Assembly (NCBI GenBank): GCA_040285855.1
Contig: JAUFOQ010000006.1
Span: 248,001 to 312,000, forward strand
Length of the DNA stretch: 64,000 nucleotides
Direction of reading: 5' to 3'
Source of the DNA: Eukaryota sp. GEM-RC1
Taxonomy: Eukaryota
The translations under genes and the position numbers were made by a program. Below the pieces are notes generated by a model. That model was not told where the DNA came from. It was given only the letters and a program-made list of their open reading frames with translations, and searched no databases. Shown here piece by piece: positions 12,753 through 25,122 of this stretch (position 1 is the stretch's first letter; every line of letters begins with the position of its first letter).

Positions 12753-13370
12753 CCATACGTCCATACGCGTATGGCATTTTCTGTTTTTGCCATACACACT
12801 TTGACTACATGTATCTGCAGTTGAACTTCTTCGACGCAGAGACTCTATGACATGTTTATAATTATGTAGATAAATATACTTTATTGAAAACCAAACCTCC
12901 ACTTCATCCATCTCATCATGAATGAGTACGTAAAAATTATCACCATCAGGATACCATCTCTGCTTCCATTGCTGGATGTCTTTGATCTGAGTTCCATTGA
13001 TGTGTATAGAAACCAGTTTTTGTGCGTTCCATTATAAGTCTGTTTTTGTTCTTATCTCACTTTTTTTTCAAAATCTGTTCTATAAAGTGATACAACTACA
13101 AAAAGTCTGTTTCATCGTTTGTTGTGAATGAATGAGTACTAGTACGTACTCAAACTCTTTCACACGATTCTACAGAGCATACTTGTTTTACAAATTTGAT
13201 GACAAATTGAAGTGTATGAGATGGTATTTATACATTATGAAGTTAAGTGATGTTCGACAGATTCTGCTAGAAATGGCTTGATGGTCATTGTCAGCCATTC
13301 TACCATTCTACCATACGTCCATACGCCCATACGCGTATGGCAAATTTATTTTGGTTATGGCTCAACACTA
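12753..13370. mobile_element. hAT-like non-autonomous element with CCATACG subterminal repeats; left TIR lost
   Basis: CCATACG/CGTATGG arrays at both ends; right terminus ..ggttatggctcaacacta; 13081-13370 matches 50106-50429. Confidence 0.7.
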
Positions 13371-13517
13371 AAAAAATTAAACACTTATAAATTGTCTAAT
13401 ACCGAAATTCTCAGTAGACATTGTGTGGTTAATAATACTTTGAATTAAAGTCTTAGTGACTATTTGCAAAAAAATAGAGAACTATACAGTTTGTACATGC
13501 ATTTCACATCTGTGACT

Positions 13518-14153
13518 CAGTGAACGCTAACACGTAACACGCGTGTTAGGAATTTTCGCTGATGTCTAACACGCAAATTACGGTTTCTGTTTTCGGTCTG
13601 AATGATGTGAAAATGCATTTTGCTGCTAAAAGAATGAAAGACGTCGTTTTAGAAGTCCCCTACAGTGATGTAGGGTATCGTCGGAACAAATGTGTAGAAG
13701 AAACGAGCTGTTTATCGTTGAACCAGAAACCAGGAAAAATTCTTGCAGGCTTGTAAAAAACGTTGACCAAAAATAAAAAACGACTTTTTTATCGTTTTTT
13801 ACGTTTTTTTCGAATTTAATAAAAAACGTTCCAAAAGGACAGATCAACTTTTTCAACTTTTCACTTATTTCTGACTTCATTTTCATCAACCAAATCTTCC
13901 ATAGTTCGATCAGTGCAGCTATGTTCTGTTGAGATTGGAAGGATAACACCATGGAGACGAAGTACAGTGTTCATCTAACGATGATCACGTGGTCAGGACG
14001 GGAAGATAACGGGGTATATATAACAAAAACACTGTTCGAGTGTACCTGAAGGTCGTTTCACTCAGATACAGAACCAAAGAGCATATACTGAGCAAACACG
14101 TAACACGTCCTAACACGTGTTAGATTCGATTTTGAACGTGTTAGCATTCACTG
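13518..14153. mobile_element. Non-autonomous hAT-like element (636 bp)
   Basis: 17-bp TIR CAGTGAA(C/T)GCTAACACG; TSD CTGTGACT/ATGTGACT (7/8); TAACACG subterminal repeats. Confidence 0.92.
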
Positions 14154-14601
14154 ATGTGACTACAATTTTGATAATCGGAATTATAATGTGTATCTATCAT
14201 TGTTGACAACATCGAAACTTTTCAAGAACGGGGGTAATTGAATAGTTGTTTGGCTTTGAATAGAAGAAGACGAAACAACAAACAGTGATGAAGAAAGAGC
14301 TGCTACAAGAATGTTTAAGCCTTTACAAAGACCAGTTAACATTGGCGCAAGTTGACTAGTAAACAGAGGTTGATTTTATACATGCCAGTAGTTTATCTTT
14401 GATTCCAAGCAGAAAGCTGGAAAAACTTCTGTGGACAAAATCTCAAAAAGCACGATGACGTTTTGTTTAGCTCTTCAAGTAGTACAGGCAGACACGATGT
14501 GTTGTTATCTCCATGATTCAAAACAATGACACAACTTCCTTTTAACTGCATTCTACAGACAAAAGAGCAATAATTTTTATATACAGAAAATACGAATATA
14601 T

Positions 14602-14922
14602 TTAACAGAAGTGGTACCACTTACATGCTGCTCTTGGGCAATCGGAAGGACATGCACCTTGGATGAGGGCATTGCAACCAGCATTACAGGCTAAGATTAG
14701 AGATGTAGAGTAATTTCACAAACCTGCCATAAAAGGACCTGTAGGAGAACAAGCAATCGCACATCCACTAGCTTCAGCAACGTTGTAGATAACACGGAGG
14801 ACACGGGCGCAGGTATCACATTCGGCATTAGAAGCATCGGTATTTTTCTGTGGATAGGCAGGAGTCTGCCATTCAGCGAAGACTGCAGCAAAGAGAAGAG
14901 CGACAACGAGGGCTTTAAACAT
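14602..14922 (-). CDS. Secreted 10-Cys saposin-like protein, paralogue 2 (95 aa; intron 14691-14723)
   Basis: Spliced C-terminus ..GPFMAACNAGCNALIQGACPSDCPRAACKWYHFC*; intron GTTTGTGAAATTACTCTACATCTCTAATCTTAG. Confidence 0.87.
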
Positions 14923-15287
14923 GGAGAGAGGAATTGATTGCACAATTTCCTACATGTACAATCTTCATCACGAATGTTCAGTTACCTACCAATATCCATC
15001 ATAGAACCCTTAACTTACGTCTATGAGGTTGAGAATCTTACAGGTGGTTCAGATAATGGTAGTTACCAACTGTTAGAATACAGATCTATTCGATAACCGT
15101 TTGTCAGTACAATATAGCAGTGCTTTCCAATCGAAGAGTAACTAATCGTAAAGACAGCTAAATTACATTTACCTGACCTATACAATACAATACAATAAAA
15201 GTGTAGTTTGTTTTCACATTTTTGCCTATTGTTTCTTGCTCTTACTACTATAGTAGTAGTAGACTCCAACTGACTTCTCTCTTGTTA

Positions 15288-16253
15288 ATGAATTCTCTTC
15301 ACCCTGCTACGGGTTGTACTTTAATCTATTGTAAAGACCGTCTATTACATATAGAGCTTACCACTGGCAACTGTGTGGACTACATCAATCTACCGTCTGA
15401 TCTCTCTGCACCACCTATCCACTGCACACATCTTCTAGATTCATTCTATGCTATAGTATCTCCCCAAACTCCTTCAGCTGTGGTTTTTCTACAACGAGAT
15501 GGCAATTCCTCTTCAATCCATGCCACAGCTCAACTACATTCTCATATTCTACGCATTTCTGCCACTAAGTACACATCACAATCCTCATTATTATGCATAT
15601 CAGCACAAACAAAGATTTTCCTTTTCACCATCTCTGTTCATTTCAATCGCATTTCCCTGTCACTCTCCTACTTTGCTGACACGTCACCCAATCCTGATGC
15701 TGCCTTTTCTCTTACCACCACTACTTCTCACTGGACATTAGTCCACCTAGGCCTCCCAAAGTCTTCTATTGTAGTTAAAAGACAGGGTCAGGAAAGTCTG
15801 TGTAAGGAAAGTCTGCACGCACAACCTATATCTAAAATTTGTTCTCATGAAAAAGGGGGACGAATGTTAATTGGAACAACTAGTCGCAGTGGTCGAAATA
15901 TTAGAATTTGGAAGGAGGAGAAAAAGGAAATTTTAAAAATTTCCAAAGATTTAAAAAGAGGTACTTCTCAAGCCACTCCTTTTTCTTTAGTTTTCTCTCA
16001 TGACGCAGAAATGATTGCACTTAGTACCAAAAAGTCCTCTATTCATGTCTTTGGAGTTTTCAATGAATTCCATTCTGTTATTAAATATGGTTCTGTGGTA
16101 AGTTCAAAGTATGAGCATCATTCAGCTAATGTTTTCTTTACTAGTCATAAGTTGGTTGGATTTTTGTTTAGTAAAAACAAGGAATCTTGTGTGATTATTG
16201 AGTCTGGATTGTTGAATTCCGAAAATCATGCACAGCTGTTGTCAGAGTTTTAG
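15288..16253 (+). CDS. Atg18/WIPI (PROPPIN) WD40 protein, divergent
   Basis: 'LIGTTSRSGRNIRIW..LKRG..FSLVFSHDAEMIALSTKKSSIHVF' matches the PROPPIN blade 5/6 signature, with F/LRRG read as LKRG. First ATG at 15288. Confidence 0.75.
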   Translation: MNSLHPATGCTLIYCKDRLLHIELTTGNCVDYINLPSDLSAPPIHCTHLLDSFYAIVSPQTPSAVVFLQRDGNSSSIHATAQLHSHILRISATKYTSQSSLLCISAQTKIFLFTISVHFNRISLSLSYFADTSPNPDAAFSLTTTTSHWTLVHLGLPKSSIVVKRQGQESLCKESLHAQPISKICSHEKGGRMLIGTTSRSGRNIRIWKEEKKEILKISKDLKRGTSQATPFSLVFSHDAEMIALSTKKSSIHVFGVFNEFHSVIKYGSVVSSKYEHHSANVFFTSHKLVGFLFSKNKESCVIIESGLLNSENHAQLLSEF

Positions 16254-16479
16254 TTTTTAAATTATTGTTGATATTTTAATTCTCCTTAAGGCTTTTGGAT
16301 TCTCATAGTTTGGTGTTCAATTATCTTTGGTCTCTTTCAAATGATTTAGTTTGTTTTCCTGTTAAGAATCATTTCTTATTTAATTGTAAATATTTGTATA
16401 TTTGATAGTGTTTTAGTGATGGTCAATCGCAAGATTCCATTTGTCCAGTACAGTATTTATAATTAAATATAATTGTAAC

Positions 16480-18630
16480 TCACCAATTGTAAGAACTTAA
16501 TAACTGCTTGGCGGAAAAATCTGTCTCATCAAAGTCATTTAAATAATACCTTTTCATAGACTGTACTACGCAAGCCGCCTCTTTCCAAGACTCATCATCA
16601 ATAGACAAAAGTAACTTCATCAGTTTCTGTAGTAAACTGAATTCTTTGCCCAAAAATAAAGTTTTAAAATAAATTAAAACTAAATTGAACTTAGCGAGAG
16701 TACATTGAGTAGCAAACAACCTCCTAAAAGCATTTGTAACATCAAGCGATGATTCTCTTCTAAACAACTTAAAATCAGCATGTATCCTACTGTAAAACTC
16801 TTTCCCTTCTTCAGTTTCGGAAAGAATCTCCCCATCAGAAACGTCAACAACGTGATTAGAAGCATTATTCACAGTGAAATAGGACTCCAACTTTCTAATC
16901 TTATCTTTCTTTTCTTTTAACTTCGTAAAAGAAACATTAACCCCAAGGAATATCCTCAACTAAGAACTGATATGTCTTAAACAACTGCTCAAACAAATCC
17001 TTTGCCATCCGTACTCCTTCTTTACAAGTTTTCCTTTCAACCACACAACTCAACGTAAACACCTCACACTGACCACAACCACCATACTTTGGAGGTACAA
17101 TCGGAGCTGAAGGTGCTCTAATCAGCAATTTTAAGCTCATTCTCTCTGCCACCATGTTCTCTTGCTCAAGGCGTAGATAGTTCTCCTCAGCTACTCTTCC
17201 AATAAACTCTTTAGCATCTGCCCAAGACCATAGACGGACTGCCCAGTTGATGTTAGTAGAAATGGTAGATCGCGTGGAGTGAACGTCGGTGAGTTCAAAA
17301 ATATCACGACCTTGAGAGAGTTCGTAGTACTGTTGAGCTCTTTTTGGACCTAGAACATCAATCAATGACGTCATTTCGGCACTTGCCAAATCCGATACTT
17401 GATTGACCCCTATTGAATTAAGTCGTTCCTCCAACGACCCACCAATCCCAGGCAATCCTCCGACTGACAACCCACTGATCACGTCAACAGTTCTATCAGG
17501 AGTGATTACTAACTGCCCATTTGGTTTTGCCTTAGCAGTTCCCAACCTAGCAATTCTAGGACCACTCCCTACCCCACAAGAACTAGCAAGTCCAGTCTCT
17601 AACTGTATTTGGGAACGTAGAAGGGAGCAGAGATCGTCTGGGGGGAGAGGAGAGAAGGAAATGTCGAGGATGGCTTCGTCAATGGACACTGGGTGGATGA
17701 AACTAACACTCGGGAGATTTGCAGCGAATACTTTGTACATCTTCATGGATAATTCTTCGTATATTTTGAAATTTTCATACTTTTTAACAATTAAATCAGG
17801 ACAAAGAGATTTCGCAGTAGATGTCCACATAGAAGCCTTTACTCCATACTTCCTTGCTTCATAACTACACGCAGCAATCTCCCCAGATCCACTCTGGGAA
17901 TGGGAGATAGCCACCGGTTTGCCAATAAGATTGGGATCTGATAGCAAAGACACGGCAACAAAGAAACAATCGAGATCACAGTGGAGGAAGACCTTGGGGA
18001 CAGAGGACCATGGTGGAGATTCCTTCCAGGTAGGGGTAGTAAGAGAAGTAGAAGAAGAATTAAGTGATGTTAGTAGAGAGTGAACTTTTGAACGAAGTTC
18101 ACATCGCCAGAAGGAAAGATGATGAAGTCTAGATGAAGAGAAATAGGATGAGATGAATGTGGTATCCATTGTATTTGGAAGACCTTTTTCAAGAGGTCGT
18201 TGTGGTTGAAGTAGAGAAGAAACGTCATTAGAGGTACTGGTAGTGAGGGATTGGGTAAGAGAAGTGGGAGCAGAGGAGGACATGAGAACATAAGGTGCAG
18301 TAGGTTGGCGGATCGCCAGACGAAGAGACTCTGAGATCCATTTGGGCTTCACAATACACGCATTCTTGCCAAAGTACGTTCGTTTTGACTCAGGTATTGA
18401 CTCAGCAATAATGTGTGTAACAGATGAGTTGTAGTAGAAGCTGAAATAACCGGAGTGGAAAGCCATTATCTCCCGTATTTGCTGAAAGGAGGGATCAGTT
18501 CTTCCTGTGACAAAAACATTAACTCCGTGAAAAGAAGCGATTTATTTCCTGAAGCAGATGAACAAAGTTCCTGAAACTGAGAGGAAAGCTTTCGAGTCCG
18601 TTTAGCCCAGAAATCGTGAATGTCAGCCAA
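16480..18630 (-). CDS. REV1: Y-family translesion polymerase REV1 (frameshifts near 18530 and 16948; no in-frame ATG)
   Basis: BRCT domain ('LFHGVNVFVTGRTDP..THIIA..VKPKWI' after restoring one T); N-digit 'SRLHHLS'; catalytic 'HCDLDCFF' and 'SIDE'; 'AKAKPNGQ'. Confidence 0.92.
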
Positions 18631-18705
18631 AAGAGATGGAGGGAAGTTGATGTTGACACGTGTCAATATGGATCTTCTCAAACACTTTTCAACACCAGCT
18701 TTTCC

Positions 18706-21372
18706 ATGATTGAGTCCAGTGCTGAAATGGCCTCTGATTCAGAAGTTCAGGTAGCCGTTGACATGGGTAGTGTGAAGGAAGTCCCCCATTTTCAATCAGA
18801 CACTGTCCGTTCTAATGAATTGTACTCTAATTCCGTCCGTAACTCATTGTCTCTCTATCACAGTGATACGGAATCTTTCTTCGCTGCTATTGCTCGAAAA
18901 ATTCGTGGCAATGAACCAGTCAACAAGGCCAGTCTAACCACTTTTCCTGGTGTCTTTGTTCCTGCTTGTGCAAATATTCTTGGTATTCTTCTCTTTGCCA
19001 GACTATCTTGGATAGTTGGAACTGGTGGTCTCTTCCAATCTCTTACTATTGTTTCCATGTCTCTTCTCTGTACTCTCATTACTGCCACATCCATGAGTGC
19101 TCTCGTAACTAACGGAAAGATCAGATCAGGTGGTGCTTACTTCGGCATTTCCAGAACCCTAGGGGCTGCCCCTGGTACAGCTGTGGGAGTTCTCTTCTAC
19201 CTCTCCAATGTCTTTGGTTGTGCCATGTATATTCTTGGTGCTGTTGAGTTCATGTTTGATGGTTTGGGCCTACAACTGCCAGTAACTGTTTCAAGTTACC
19301 AAGTTCAACTAATAGCCTTCATTTGCTTAATCTTCGTTGCTGGGTCTTGCTTCATTGGCATTAAGTTTGTCTCTTCCTTGGCTCCTTTCTTTTTTAGGTT
19401 TAGTTGTGTTATCTATCATCTCTATCTACCTCGGCTTCTTCATTAAATCTGACATTCATGAGGACCTTAGTGTTGGTTTTTCCATGTCTAGACTGGGTGA
19501 CAATTGGGGTCCTGCCACGTCATCAACTGTTGGCTTTTCAGTACTCCTTTCTATCTTTTTTCCTAGTTGTACTGGGTTGTTAGCTGGGTCTAATAAGTCA
19601 GATACTCTGAAGAATCCTTCTAAAAGTATTCCGACAGGTACCATTGCTGCCTCTTTATTTACAGGAATGATTTATCTTACTTTCACTTTTATTTGTGCTG
19701 GAATCTACGATCGGGAACTTATGCTTGATAACAGACTTTTGGTTGCTTCAACCTCTTTTCCCTTCCCCCCAGCTGTTCGCTACGGCGTTGTAGTAGCTTC
19801 TTTGGGGGCTGGTCTACAAGCTATTAGCTCTGCACCTAGACTACTCTACGCCCTCGCTCAAGATGAGTGTGTTCCTTTTTTAAAGATCTTCGCTAAGACA
19901 ACTTCTAGAAATGAGCCTACAAATGCTATTCTATTGACAACTGTTCTTGTTGGAGCTGTGCTGGTCTCTGGTAACTTGGACTTTGTTGCTCCATTGGTGA
20001 CCCACTTCTTTTGTTATTTTATTTCTCTATTAATCTTTCTACATTGATTTTATCCATACTCAAACCTCCGTCATTTAGACCACGTTTTAAGTATTTCTCC
20101 AAGTTTAGTTCATTCTTAGGAGCTGCTCTGTGTCTTGGATATATGTTCTTCATTAGCTGGATTCTAAGCATTGTGACTTTTGTCCTCGCTCTATTACTCA
20201 TTTTTTACGTTCAAAAACGTGGTGCAGAGAAACAATGGGGAGATAGCATTAAAGGTTTACAAATTCAAGTTGCACGTGATTCTCTGGTTTCTTTACGTAA
20301 AACTTCTGTCAACTCTGTTCATGCCAAGAACTGGAGACCTCAGATTCTAGCAGTCACTGAGGGAAAACAATGTGATGAGGATCTTTCTAAAGTTGACAAA
20401 GGAATTGTGGCTTTTTTGAGCCATTTATCGGAGTCAAAAGGTATCACTATGATTTATTCTATTTTGAAAGAGATCAATCATGATAATATTGATGGATCTA
20501 AAATCGTGAGTGCTCTGGAATCATGTTGTGATACTTTTGAACTGGAGGCGTTCTGCAGGGCAATCATCACACCAGTACAAGATCAAACCTTCAACGTGCT
20601 TTGTCAATCTGCAGGTTTAGGTGTTTTAACACCTAATTGTTTAATGTTTCCATTTTCGAACCATTGTGAGGACAGCGTAATTGTTGATCGATTAAAAGTG
20701 GCATATGACCTGCAACAATCAGTTTTGATGTTTAAAGGCGCTGACAATTATTTCAATTTTGTTTCATCATCTGCAGGCAAAGCTGATAGCGAGATTATCG
20801 TATTCTGGTTGATCTATGACTCTGGTTTACTTCTAATGCTGTTCCATCTACTGTCCAAACATCCGTTCTGGAGTGGTTGTACGGTCCGTCTTTACTCTGT
20901 GGCTACCATTAATGACAACTCTATTCAAATGAAAAGTGATATAGAAAGTTTATTGGCCAGATTCAGACTCAAAGCTAAAGTTAGAATTCTGGAGCTCACC
21001 AGTGCTTCCCCTTATGATTATGAGCGTACAACCGCACTCAATTCACGTGCTGAGCTTCTCTCTAAACTCGAGATTGAGCGAACTAACAGTTTGGAAATGC
21101 TGGTTGAAGACAGTAGACTCGGATCCAGTATTGCCCCTAATGTTCTTGAGTGCAGTAGATCCGCTTCCGCATTGGCTATCAATGACTTGATTAAAACTCG
21201 ATCTAGAGCCGAGGATTTAGTGTTAATCAATTTACCACCAATGAATTTGTTCAAGGCCAAGGACGATTCTTTGAAATCCTATGTTTCTTTTGTTCGTAAG
21301 ATTGCTGATGGTGTTCCCCAAATGCTACTCGTTAAGGGTACTGGGGAAGAAATTGTGATGGATTTCCTTTAG
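18706..21372 (+). CDS. SLC12/CCC cation-chloride cotransporter (frameshifts near 19392 and 20010)
   Basis: 'GVFVPACANILGILLFARLSWIVG', 'GGAYFGISRTLG', 'SIFFPSCTGLLAGSNKS..LKNPSKSIPTGT', 'KNWRPQ'; both ORF junctions lie in T runs. Confidence 0.93.
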
Positions 21373-21624
21373 TAAATAGTGTTTATTGGTTCAATTCTTT
21401 CTGTTTTTTGTTGTGATATTGTTATAAAAGTGTACTTGTGGGGTTGAAGGATTTGTGAATCCTGGAGTATTAATGCATTATAAAATATATAGATCGTATC
21501 TTTAATATAAATTGATATCTGCAACAGTGATGAACAACATTATTGACCATAAATAGCGTACGTTTTCAACTTTAATGTATAGCTTCATCTGGGTCTGAGT
21601 CAGAGTCAGATATCATCTCTACTT

Positions 21625-21801
21625 TTATTCTCTGAAAATGGCAGTGAGAAATTTAAGACTACTGCTACACGACAGACTACAGTGACTGAGGTCAACAGAA
21701 GTCAAAGAAATATTGGATTTGAATAAATCCGCCAAAAAACTAATTGCTTCTTCAGTGAAGTGTTTTACGTTAGTGTATGGTACTGTTTTTATTACTTCCA
21801 T
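21625..21801 (-). pseudogene. Fragment of an RNI-like leucine-rich-repeat gene
   Basis: 'AISFLADLFKSNISLTSVDLSHCSL' is one RNI-type LRR; the fragment is isolated between transposon-like ends. Confidence 0.5.
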
Positions 21802-21825
21802 AGCTTGAAAATGTACAGTATATCG

Positions 21826-21990
21826 TAGAGATGGGCAATCGACTCGACTAGACTCGGACTCAACTACAGTAATTAGTTCAGTCGACTCCACTTTTAGTAG
21901 TCAAGTCGAGTAACATGGTCAGTGAACTCGGGTGTGGAGTCGAGTCAGCTCCAACTTTCCTTAGTCTAGTCTAGTCTGTTCGAGTGCGCA
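21826..21990. mobile_element. Left end of a hAT-like element with GACTC/GAGTC subterminal repeats
   Basis: Begins TAGAGATGGGC, followed by repeated gactc/gagtc; a related right-end-like sequence (gagtcagagtcagatatcatctcta) ends at 21620; no intact TIR pair. Confidence 0.5.
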
Positions 21991-22092
21991 CTAATTTATT
22001 TTGTTGAAGTTGTTGTTAACGTCAGCTCGCTCTACATACTCATTCCTCGTCATGTTTACACGAATCCAATTCAAGTAGACAAACAACTACTA

Positions 22093-22132
22093 CAGTCTTC
22101 CCTCGGTTTAGTGCCACCTCGGTTTAGTGCCA
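22093..22132 (+). mobile_element. Solo end of a pogo/Tigger-like (Tc1/mariner) element
   Basis: TA followed by CAGTCTTCCCTCG; 16-bp direct repeat CCTCGGTTTAGTGCCA twice (22101-22132); no partner end found. Confidence 0.5.
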
Positions 22133-22551
22133 AATTTTCGCTTCCAAACATTTGTCGATCGATCTTTTCCTTCTCTATCGACCGTTCCTCGATCGATCTC
22201 CTGTCTATCTATATGTGCAATAAACACGCTTACATTTTATATTCTTTGGCTTTACATTTGGATCCCAACACTAACCCTTCTTTTCTTCACACACTTTCTT
22301 TCTGAAGATACTGCACAAAGTGTCGTATGTGCCTGTCTAAACACAATGTACAACAGAACACGCCACAAATGTCCCCAGTGGTATGTCAATTCTACATTTT
22401 ACTAATATTTAGTAGAAATTATCTCTTATTATAGGGTAAAGGTCTACAGGAAGATATAATGGCAATTTTTTGTCTCAGAATAAGAGATTCAGAATATCAA
22501 TGCCCATATCGCATAGTGTCAGATATTGTCTTGATACAAATCACTTAGAAC

Positions 22552-24391
22552 ATGGATCTTCAATCTTTAGCTCTTCCTACTGTCAACTCTACTCGTAGTC
22601 GTACTACACAATTTGATGCTCGCGATGGTATCTTTGCCTATTGTTCAGGTCAAAATGTCATCGTACAAACGCCATCCAAACTGATCGTTTACGCTGATCA
22701 CAAATTCCGTACTACATGTGTCAAGATCGCTCCTTCCGGAAACTATGCTTGTTCTGGTGATTCTGCTGGTTTCCTCAACATCTTCGATCTCGTAGGAGAA
22801 GACAATGTCACTATCCTCTCTCAACAAGTTCTATCCAATGTCATTTATGACCTCGCTTGGGATCATGAAAGTCAGAGGATCATTGTTGTAGGTTTTGGAA
22901 AAGATGAGTTTGCTCGCTGCTTCCTCGTCAAATCTGGTGCCTCCATCGGCTCGATCTCCGGTCACTCTGCCCCGATCCTATCCTGTGACTTTAGAGGTAA
23001 ACGTCCCTTCAGAGTGGTCACAGGTGGGGAAGATGGCATCAGCAACCTCTACAAGGGCCCTCCCTTTAACTTCCCTCAATCAATACTCCCATGGATCCTT
23101 CATCAACGCTGTTAAATACGATCCAACCAGTACCGTTGTGGGTATGGTCTCAAGTAACAAGGAAGTAGCCTTCATTGACGGAATCAAGGGAGATTTCCTC
23201 TTCAAATCTCCTCTCAAGCACAGTCTGTCTGTATACTCTTTCGCGTGGGAATCTTTTGATCCTGCTACCCAATCCGGCGTGTTTTGGACGTGTTCAAGTG
23301 ACAAGTCAGTGCATCGATATGAAGTAAATCTCACTGAACAGACGTTGTCCTGTACTGATACCATTCCTCTTATAGTTGATGGTATTAAACCAACAATTGA
23401 TGAACAAGTGTTGGGACTAAGTTTTGACGATGGGGTGCTGTATGCTGCAAACTTGGGTGGAGATTTCTTCAAAATCAATACTGAAGAACGATCATTTGAA
23501 CGGTGGATTTCTGGTCATCGTACTTCTGTTCAATCAGTTCATTATGATGAGGAAAGCCACGTGTTGATTACTGGTGGAATTGATGGGTCTTTGTGTTTCT
23601 GGGAAATTGTTGAAGGTGAGTTGAAGATTAAATCAAGAGGGACCAGAGTTTCGCAAACAAGTATCACTGCAATCAATTACGATTACGGTCAGAAACGTGT
23701 TACTATTGCTGGTCATGATGCGTTAATCAGAAAGTTTGATTTTGACCCATCCACGTCATCTTTCCTCACTGATTTGGAAGGTCAATCTTGTTCTACTGTT
23801 TCTACCGAGTTTGGTATTGAAGACTCTGTTTTTACTGGAGATTATGCTGTTTATGTAACTGATAGAGGTATTGTTGTTTTGAAAGAAGACAAAGTGGTTC
23901 ATAATGTTGATTTGTACGGATGTCGACGTGTTGCACTTTCCAATGATGGCAAAACTGTTGTTGTTGGTACAGTCTCTGGGGATCTTCTAGTGTTTGACTT
24001 TTGTGAGGGAGCTCTTAATCAAGTTCAGTCGGAATCATTGTCTGGTGACGTTACGTGCCTCCAGTTCTCAATCAATAATGATTTGGCTGTAGGATTAGGT
24101 AATCGAAAGATCTTCGTTTTTCACAAAGTCGATGATAAGTGGACTATTCGAAATTCCCAATTCGTGTTCCATTTGGGTAGAGTCAATTGTTTAGACTTCT
24201 CTCCTTGTGGAAAGTTCATTATCTCTGGTGGTTTAGATTCTTGTGTCTTCAAGTGGTCATTGGAAAGCCCAATGAAGAGAGTAAAGGTGGAGCAAGTGCA
24301 TAAGTTGGGCGTTACTTGTGTAAAACATGTTGGTAATGACATGATTGTGTCCGGAGGTCAAGATGGCTTTTTGCGTCTTTTTAAGTTGTAA
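22552..24391 (+). CDS. AIP1: Actin-interacting protein 1 / WDR1, double beta-propeller (frameshift near 23074)
   Basis: 'APSGNYACSGD', 'AWDHESQRIIVVG', 'RPFRVVTGGED..YKGPPFNF'; removing one C gives 'GPPFNFLNQYSHGSFINAVKYDP'. Confidence 0.9.
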
Positions 24392-24466
24392 TATCTGTAA
24401 TATTGTTGTTTGTACACTTTTGTATTTTGCTATAAACTGATGGCAATTTTCCACATGAAATGAAAT

Positions 24467-25021
24467 CATAGTTGTACTTCACAATTTGTCACAATGTTGT
24501 TTGTGACTGTGATCACATAAGTGCAATACTGGTAGGTTTATTGTGAACATAGATGTGATTTGTCATCACAATTAGAGCTGTCATTTGCTTTCAAGTCAAA
24601 TTTGGATATGAGTTGGGCCAAGTCATTTGTCCCTTTGTTAATCGAATATGGTCAGCTAAGTAGAAACAATCAAAAATGGTGGTCTGTGTTGGATGCTTCA
24701 ATAGAAGCTAGAGTAATCAATACTTCTACCCGTAAACAAAACCTACTTTCGGTTAAATATGTCTGACAGACATCTACTGTAGTTGATGATGTAGCTGCAA
24801 TTTATGAATATACTCTCCTGTGTGTGTCACGAATGGCACAATACACACAGTATGAGTTTTTAGCGATGAAGAAAGCCAAAGAAAAAAGACATCGCCAGTG
24901 CCGTTGTGAGTTTGTATGAGTACTCTTTTCAAATGTGTGGTTGTTGTGATCACACTTTGTGAATATGATGTGTGATCACAAATCACAAAACAGAGAAATA
25001 GTGATGTGAAATGCAACTATG
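24467..25021. mobile_element. Non-autonomous hAT-like element (555 bp)
   Basis: TIRs CATAGTTGTACTTCACA and CATAGTTGCATTTCACA (15/17); TSD AATGAAAT/TATGAAAT (7/8); TCACA/TGTGA subterminal repeats. Confidence 0.85.
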
Positions 25022-25122
25022 TATGAAATCAATACCCTGTTTTTACTTGATTAAGTCCAGGAAATCAGTATCAAAATAAATACATTTATACATGTATAAT
25101 GCAAACTAAAAACCTACCAATT

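Noticed and set aside
22496..22512. tgcccatatcg as the deleted right end of the 21826 element
   Set aside because: The match is short and lacks the GAGTC subterminal repeats; it could be chance.
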